Source: Chloroflexota bacterium | Lineage (GTDB): Bacteria > Chloroflexota > Anaerolineae > UBA2200 | NCBI GenBank assembly: GCA_014360755.1 | Contig: JACIWX010000001.1 | Span: 640,441-672,440 of the forward strand | Length of the DNA stretch: 32,000 nt | Direction of reading: 5' to 3' | Part shown: piece by piece, positions 26,916 through 32,000 of the stretch | Layout: each line of letters opens with the position of its first letter | How positions within the stretch are numbered: the stretch's first letter is position 1 | The notes under the pieces: model-generated | What the model saw: only the letters and a program-made list of their open reading frames with translations | Database searches by the model: none | Told to the model about the DNA's origin: nothing | Made by a program: the position numbers and the translations under genes

Positions 26916-27070
26916 TTTTTCACTCTGAATACTGGAGGCATCAGTGCTCATTGTGGATGTAGAGCGATTGGGGGCTGTTTCCATCGTCCTTATGTCCATA
27001 CTGACATCGCATTGTATCTGCTGGCAGCAGACAGACATTGCAAATAATCGGATGTTGTAACCAGATAGCG

Positions 27071-27103
27071 GGGCTGGGTGCAGTTTGGTATGCATCCCAG
27101 CCC
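27071..27103 (+). other. Strong stem-loop in the 5' leader of the 27160 gene
   Basis: GGGCTGGGTGCA-gtttggta-TGCAtCCCAGCCC forms 12 bp with a one-nucleotide bulge. It is followed by the A/U-rich TAATATTATGTAAT and lies 57 nt upstream of the start codon. Confidence 0.5.
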
Positions 27104-27159
27104 TAATATTATGTAATGCACAGATTTGTCCAAATAACGAACAAAGGAAAGGATTGCAG

Positions 27160-30129
27160 ATGAAGGACTCCAATTTCCTCCAAACTCTGAGACGGATTGT
27201 GCATGACTCACGTACAGAGAACGCTGCATATACGCTGGCTGTAACTCTCCTGATAGTCAGCCTGTGGCTACCTCCCTTTTCCGTCGGAAATCGGGTCTTT
27301 CACTACGACTACCCGGTAATTCCCAAAGCAGGGGGTGTTTTGACCTTGCCCGATGGCGCCCAGCTTTTGATTCCCGCAGGCGCTCTGACCAATCAGCTCC
27401 GTTTGAAGATGACTTCCCTACCTGGGCTTGAGTTCCTCTCTAGCGTGAAGGACAAAGTACTGCGTACGGCAGCGGAGGCACTGTCTGCAGAGCCAGTTAC
27501 TTTGCATAGCGATGTCTACCGTTTCCAAGCGTATGGGCCATCTCCTGAAGAAGCAATCTTGTCCCTACCTTTGCCACAGGATTTGTCTCCCATTGTGGCA
27601 GATGTCTATGCCTGGGACGGGCAGCAGTGGGAATGGGTGCCGGCGCGTGCGATACCGGAAGAAGGGGTAATTGAAGCCTATCTTGATTCCCTTTCCTCTC
27701 TAGCCGCAGTGGTGCAAGTCAAGCGCATGAGACCCGCTATAGCCACCGTGATAACCACGGCAGATAGCATGACTGATAAGGCAACTGGCCTTCTGAACGA
27801 GATCAATCCTGGCGGATTTTATGTCGATGCGGATGGCACTGTTTACGATGCATGGGGTGCTGACCAGCGCCGCACACTGCAAGGATACCTGGTTATCCCT
27901 GTGGTGAAAAACGAGAAGGACGGCGTCGTTCAACCGCAAGTACTGACGAATATCCTCCTGAACCCTGAAGCACGTAACAGGAATATCACTGCACTCACTA
28001 TGCTGGCGGTAGAAGGTATGTACACGGGTGTGCAGCTGGACTACCAGGGCCTCGATCCCAGTTTGCGTGCTGAATATGTTTCCTTTGTGCAAGAATTAGC
28101 GGATGCCTTGCACAAACAGGGCAAAATATTATCCGTCCGTGTAGCGCAAGCCAGACAAATTGCAGAAGATCGCTGGGAAACCGGGGCATATGACTGGCGA
28201 GCATTGGGCAAGTTGGCAGATGTGCTGGTTATCCCGGCTCTGGAATCGCCATCGACCTGGGCTCCAGGCGGTCAGATGGAGGCGCTCTTGCGCTGGGCTG
28301 TAGGCGAAGTGAGCCGCACGAAACTGCAGGTTGCACTGTCCGTGTCTTCCCGTCAAATTGTGGATACGGTGGTTACCAGAATTCCCTATGCGCAGGCTCT
28401 GTCTGCGCTTGCTCAAGTAGCCGTGGAAGGCGACAAAGAGCTGGTGGGTGGTGGCGAGGATGTGGTGTTGTTGCTGCCTGTATTGCACCAATGGGGTGGA
28501 CTGCAGTACGATCGGCAGGTAGATGAGTGCTGGATTGCATATCAAGACGAGCAGGGTAAAAGTTGCCAGATTTGGTTAGAGAATGCTGCTAGCCTTGATC
28601 ATAAACTGCGGCTTATCGCTGACTACAACGTGCGTGGCTTGGTCTTGGAGGACCTGCTAGATCCACAGAATGATCAGCGCATATGGGATTTGGTGAAGCA
28701 GTTCAAAGACTGGCTTATCCCTTCCATCGAGAGCGATTTCGCTGTTGTTTGGACGATCAAGGGACCTGCTGGCGAGGAAATCCGCCAGGCTAGTTCTCTG
28801 TTGGAGGGAAAAGGAGAAGGACCTACCAGCGAAAGTAGTAAAGTAGGAAGCCAAGCACTTGCCGGCTCGAGTTACGTTTGGGAAGCACCTGCTACGCCAG
28901 GCGCCTATTTCATCGCCGCTGCTATTTCGGATGACGGGGGGCGCACGACGAACGTGCGCAGCAATGACGTCAGTTTGCTAGTGCCTAGCCCAACGCCTAC
29001 ACCGACACCTACGCCTACGCCAACCCCCACTCCCACGCCGAAACCGACGGCGAAACCACAGACAGCCTCGGTGGTCACTTCTGCCAGCCGTGGGCCGGGA
29101 TTTGATTATGGCATCCAAGGGGATGCCATTACCGACGGGGATCACGGCAGGCTCTTTGGCCTTATCCGGCAACTGGGCTTTCGTTGGTATAAGCAGCAGG
29201 TGGAGTGGTTCCGCTACAACCCCGCACCAGGGCAATATGACTGGGGAGCGCTGGACCGCATCGTGGACAGTGCGAATGCTGCGGGGATCAAGCTGCTGTT
29301 CAGCGTGGTCAAGGCTCCCAAATGGGCTCGTCCACCTGAAGATACCGACCAAGGCCCGCCTGCTGATCCGAACACGTATGGAGCCTTCCTGAGGGAAATG
29401 GCTGCGCGCTATAAGGGGCGTGTGCAAGCCTATGAAATTTGGAACGAGCAGAACCTGTATTATGAATGGGGCGGCTTGGGGGGCAAGCTCAATGCGCGCA
29501 AGTATGTTGAGCTCCTGAAAGTAGCCTACCAAGCCATCAAGTCTGTAGACCCCAATGCTACAGTGGTAGCAGGCGCGCTTACGCCAACGGGTTATAATGA
29601 TGGGAACATCGCCATTGATGACCGCGTCTATCTAGAGCAGATGTATCAGGCAGGGCTGAAAAACTACTGCGATGCGATAGGGGCACACCCTAGTGGCTAT
29701 AACAACCCGCCGGATGCCAAGTGGGAAACTTATCAAGATCCCAGCGCCACCTTCAATGCCAAGGGGCATCCGAGCTGGTTCTTCCGTGGCACCATGGAAA
29801 GCTATCGCAACATCATGCTGAAATATGGCGATGGAGCGAAACGAATTTGGGTTACAGAATTTGGTTGGGCTTCGGTGGAAAGCCTTGGGGTGCCGCCAGC
29901 CCGCGGTTATGAATATGCTGCAGACAACACGGAAATGGAGCAAGCCCAGTTTATCGTTCAGGCTTATCAAATGGCAAAGAACTGGGGATGGGTCGGGCCC
30001 ATGTTCCTGTGGAACCTCAACTTTGGCCCCATTTGTGGCCCGCATGATGAAAAGGCTGCTTTTAGCATTATCAGGCCAGATTGGAGCCTGCGCCCGGCTT
30101 TCGCTGCTTTGGCTAATATGCCCAAATAG
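27160..30129 (+). CDS. Large exported or membrane-anchored protein: N-terminal anchor, GH18-like domain lacking catalytic residues, PT linker, C-terminal GH5-like (cellulase superfamily) domain
   Basis: ATG at 27160 after AAAGGAAAGGA (the ORF opens at 27085 inside the leader hairpin). A TM helix is AAYTLAVTLLIVSLWL. The GH18-like strand GVQLDYQG stands in place of DGxDxDWE. The PT linker is PSPTPTPTPTPTPTPTPTPKPT. The GH5-type motifs are YEIWNEQN (acid/base NE) and IWVTEFGWAS (nucleophile E). Confidence 0.65.
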   Translation: MKDSNFLQTLRRIVHDSRTENAAYTLAVTLLIVSLWLPPFSVGNRVFHYDYPVIPKAGGVLTLPDGAQLLIPAGALTNQLRLKMTSLPGLEFLSSVKDKVLRTAAEALSAEPVTLHSDVYRFQAYGPSPEEAILSLPLPQDLSPIVADVYAWDGQQWEWVPARAIPEEGVIEAYLDSLSSLAAVVQVKRMRPAIATVITTADSMTDKATGLLNEINPGGFYVDADGTVYDAWGADQRRTLQGYLVIPVVKNEKDGVVQPQVLTNILLNPEARNRNITALTMLAVEGMYTGVQLDYQGLDPSLRAEYVSFVQELADALHKQGKILSVRVAQARQIAEDRWETGAYDWRALGKLADVLVIPALESPSTWAPGGQMEALLRWAVGEVSRTKLQVALSVSSRQIVDTVVTRIPYAQALSALAQVAVEGDKELVGGGEDVVLLLPVLHQWGGLQYDRQVDECWIAYQDEQGKSCQIWLENAASLDHKLRLIADYNVRGLVLEDLLDPQNDQRIWDLVKQFKDWLIPSIESDFAVVWTIKGPAGEEIRQASSLLEGKGEGPTSESSKVGSQALAGSSYVWEAPATPGAYFIAAAISDDGGRTTNVRSNDVSLLVPSPTPTPTPTPTPTPTPTPKPTAKPQTASVVTSASRGPGFDYGIQGDAITDGDHGRLFGLIRQLGFRWYKQQVEWFRYNPAPGQYDWGALDRIVDSANAAGIKLLFSVVKAPKWARPPEDTDQGPPADPNTYGAFLREMAARYKGRVQAYEIWNEQNLYYEWGGLGGKLNARKYVELLKVAYQAIKSVDPNATVVAGALTPTGYNDGNIAIDDRVYLEQMYQAGLKNYCDAIGAHPSGYNNPPDAKWETYQDPSATFNAKGHPSWFFRGTMESYRNIMLKYGDGAKRIWVTEFGWASVESLGVPPARGYEYAADNTEMEQAQFIVQAYQMAKNWGWVGPMFLWNLNFGPICGPHDEKAAFSIIRPDWSLRPAFAALANMPK
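28984..29064 (+). repeat. Pro-Thr linker-coding low-complexity repeat (CCN-ACN)n
   Basis: It encodes PSPTPTPTPTPTPTPTPTPKPTAKPQT in frame within the 27160-30129 CDS. Confidence 0.9.
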
Positions 30130-30172
30130 CCTACATCCAGCCATTTTGCAGCCTGGCTCGCAAGGCAGGTCG

Positions 30173-30206
30173 CAGAGCACGGGGATCTCCCCGTGCTCTG
30201 TTTGTG
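30173..30206 (+). terminator. Rho-independent terminator after the 27160-30129 gene
   Basis: Perfect 13-bp stem CAGAGCACGGGGA-tc-TCCCCGTGCTCTG followed by TTTGTG, 44 nt after the stop codon. Confidence 0.8.
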
Positions 30207-30260
30207 CAAGGGGTTTGGCATTACTTAGGCGGACTGGATGAAATAACATAAAGGAGTGCC

Positions 30261-31679
30261 TTGGTGACTGGAACAAAACCATCTCATGCGTTTTTCAAAC
30301 AGAGTAAAGATTCAGTGGTGATATGGATTGCGCTTGCCTTGGTGTGCATTGGAGTGGTGGGCTTGGTCTGGCTGCTGTTCTTCAACCAGCCTGCACAACC
30401 AGTGGCTCCTGCGGCTACCCGCACACCTCGTCCGACCTTTACTACTTCAGAGCAGGCAGTGCAACCTAGTGTGACGCCTGTTCCGCCTCAAGCGGTTGCT
30501 ACACAGACGCCCCTTGCCACAGCGCCCGTACAACCTACAGCAACTCAATTGCAACCAACAGTAACTCCTGTGCTGCCGACTGTTACTCCTATAGGACCGA
30601 CGGCAGCCCCTACCCCCACACCTTTACCGCCAGTACCACCACCCAAGCCTTTGCGCATGAACTCCCCTGAATACGGGATGCAGGCTTTCCTATGGTGGCG
30701 CCCAGAAGTCGCCAGCCGGGATATGGGCATGATTAAAGAGGCTGGCTTCGGTTGGGTGAAGCAGAATATTGGCTGGCGCGATGTGGAAGGAGCGGCCAAG
30801 GGCGTGTTCGATTGGAGCCGGGTGGACTGGATTGTTTACGAGTGCAACAAACTTGGTTTAGACCTGCTGGTGCGCATAGACCATCAGCCGCAATGGGCGG
30901 GAGGCAATTATCCCACCAATGGCCCGCCTAACAATTATGCCGATTTGGGTGATTTTCTGTACGCGATGGCTAGCCGTTACAAAGGGCGCATCCGTGCCTA
31001 TGAGATCTGGAATGAGCCTAATCTAGCCCGTGAATGGGGCGGCCGTCCTCCGAACGCTGCCCAGTATGTGCGGTTGTTGAAGGAAGCCTATCGGCGCATC
31101 AAGCAAGCAGATCCCAATGCAATGGTCATTAGTGCAGGCTTGTCACCCACAGGAACGTATTCTCCTGAAGCCACGCCCGATGATGTCTATTTGGAGCAAA
31201 TGTATCAAGCGATGGGGGGCAACAGCGATGGCTATTTCGACGTGTTGGGTGTTCATGCCGCCGGCTACAAGGCACCACCAGAGTTAAGCCCTGATGAAGC
31301 AGCGAAAAACCCTTACTATGGTGGACAACGCTTTTTCTGCTTCCGACGCGTTGAGGATCTTCGCCGCATTATGGAGAAATATGGCGATGCCGATAAGCAG
31401 ATTGCGGTGCTTGAATTTGGTTGGACCAGCGATCCCATTCACCCTGAGTACTCTTGGCACGCCATAGATGAGGAGACCAAGGCAGACTATTTCGTGCGTG
31501 CTTACAAGTGGGCGAAGGAGAATTGGTCGCCTTGGATAGGCTTAATGAGCCTCATCTATATCGCTGATCCGGATTGGACAGAGGCCAACGAGCAGTATTG
31601 GTGGGCTATTTCAGAACCAGGCTACCCGGATTTCCGGCCGCGCCCTGCCTACCTTAAACTGAAAGCGATGTCCAAGTAG
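30261..31679 (+). CDS. Membrane-anchored GH5-like (cellulase superfamily) protein, paralogue of the C-terminal domain of the preceding gene
   Basis: AAGGAG at 30251-30256; the start is TTG 30261 or, with better spacing, GTG 30264. The TM helix is VVIWIALALVCIGVVGLVWLLFF, followed by a P/T/V/Q-rich linker. Motifs YEIWNEPNL and IAVLEFGWTS are present. It aligns by eye with 27160-30129 (RYKGR(V/I)(Q/R)AYEIWNE, DPNA, VYLEQMYQA). Confidence 0.75.
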   Translation: MVTGTKPSHAFFKQSKDSVVIWIALALVCIGVVGLVWLLFFNQPAQPVAPAATRTPRPTFTTSEQAVQPSVTPVPPQAVATQTPLATAPVQPTATQLQPTVTPVLPTVTPIGPTAAPTPTPLPPVPPPKPLRMNSPEYGMQAFLWWRPEVASRDMGMIKEAGFGWVKQNIGWRDVEGAAKGVFDWSRVDWIVYECNKLGLDLLVRIDHQPQWAGGNYPTNGPPNNYADLGDFLYAMASRYKGRIRAYEIWNEPNLAREWGGRPPNAAQYVRLLKEAYRRIKQADPNAMVISAGLSPTGTYSPEATPDDVYLEQMYQAMGGNSDGYFDVLGVHAAGYKAPPELSPDEAAKNPYYGGQRFFCFRRVEDLRRIMEKYGDADKQIAVLEFGWTSDPIHPEYSWHAIDEETKADYFVRAYKWAKENWSPWIGLMSLIYIADPDWTEANEQYWWAISEPGYPDFRPRPAYLKLKAMSK

Positions 31680-31702
31680 CACAGGCTGAGTTTACAGTTT
31701 CT

Positions 31703-31731
31703 TTGACAACCGTTGCCATCTGCGATATACT
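31703..31731 (+). promoter_or_regulatory. Sigma70-type promoter for murA (TTGACA-17 nt-TATACT)
   Basis: The plus strand reads TTGACAaccgttgccatctgcgaTATACT, 70 nt upstream of the murA ATG. Confidence 0.6.
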
Positions 31732-31800
31732 CATAGCGCAAGTCAATCGGCACAGGAAAGACTTTCAACTAACTGACCATGTGGACAGCGTGGTGAGAAG

Positions 31801-32000
31801 ATGCATCTTGTAGTAGAAGGTGGTTACAAGTTAGAGGGAGAGGTATCCGTTTCTGGCGCTAAGAACGCCGCTTTGCCCATTTTAGCTGCGACGTTGCTCA
31901 CTCCCGATGAATGCTTGCTGGAAAATTTGCCAGACATTGAAGATATCCGCACCATGATTGCCTTGTTGCGCAGCCTCGGAGCTACTGTCAGGGTGGAAGG
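31801..32000 (+). CDS. murA: UDP-N-acetylglucosamine 1-carboxyvinyltransferase, 3'-truncated by the window edge
   Basis: The translation is MHLVVEGGYKLEGEVSVSGAKNAALPILAATLLTPDECLLENLPDIEDIRTMIALLRSLGATVRVE. It matches the conserved MurA N-terminus (G-x-V-x-(I/V)-SGAKNAALPI). Confidence 0.9.
   Translation, partial: MHLVVEGGYKLEGEVSVSGAKNAALPILAATLLTPDECLLENLPDIEDIRTMIALLRSLGATVRVE

Noticed and set aside
26865-27229. Minus-strand ORFs of 102 and 79 aa in the thrC-glycosidase intergenic region
   Set aside because: They overlap the plus-strand promoter, leader hairpin and start of the glycosidase gene. No RBS or motifs are present, and they are Cys/Ser-rich. They are probably spurious.
28984-29064. 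Short-period DNA repeat that could be mistaken for a microsatellite or CRISPR-like array
   Set aside because: It is in frame within a long CDS and encodes a (Pro-Thr)n interdomain linker. There is no repeat-spacer organisation.

Overview
This 32-kb chromosomal window covers the replication-origin neighbourhood of a bacterium. dnaA lies at 21608-23017 on the minus strand, with consensus DnaA boxes on both sides. The protein repertoire (TIR-WD40, PT-linker glycosidases, BMP-type ABC transporter) looks like a filamentous Chloroflexota-type organism, but that is inference only. Bases 1-8054 hold ordinary transport and housekeeping genes: a 5'-truncated ABC ATPase with two permeases, a hypothetical protein, a DUF4349-like lipoprotein, a metallophosphoesterase, an alpha/beta hydrolase and an MFS transporter. 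Bases 8103-21068 hold seven tightly spaced minus-strand genes that I consider the most interesting content. They encode three N-terminal TIR proteins, each with one hydrophobic helix followed by a beta-propeller or 14-blade WD40 region. They also encode a nucleoside-deoxyribosyltransferase/TIR-like protein and a PfkB-like + AAA+ ATPase ending in a tandem RyR repeat. The last two are a 2TM pore-like + double RCK/TrkA-N protein ending in the same tandem RyR repeat, and a mini TPR protein. This composition matches no named defence system that I recognise. It suggests a TIR/NAD-derived-nucleotide signalling system with a gated pore and an ATPase as outputs. Bases 21105-21607 are an AT-rich putative oriC with three perfect TTATCCACA boxes and a TAG x4 tract; dnaN is not next to dnaA. 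Bases 23498-32000 hold membrane-anchored or secreted glycoside-hydrolase-like proteins, including two paralogous GH5-like domains. thrC and the 5' end of murA are also there, with several near-consensus sigma70-type promoters and one clear intrinsic terminator. I recognised no rRNA, tRNA, CRISPR array, transposase or integrase. All functional calls rest on motif recognition by eye; no searches were run.
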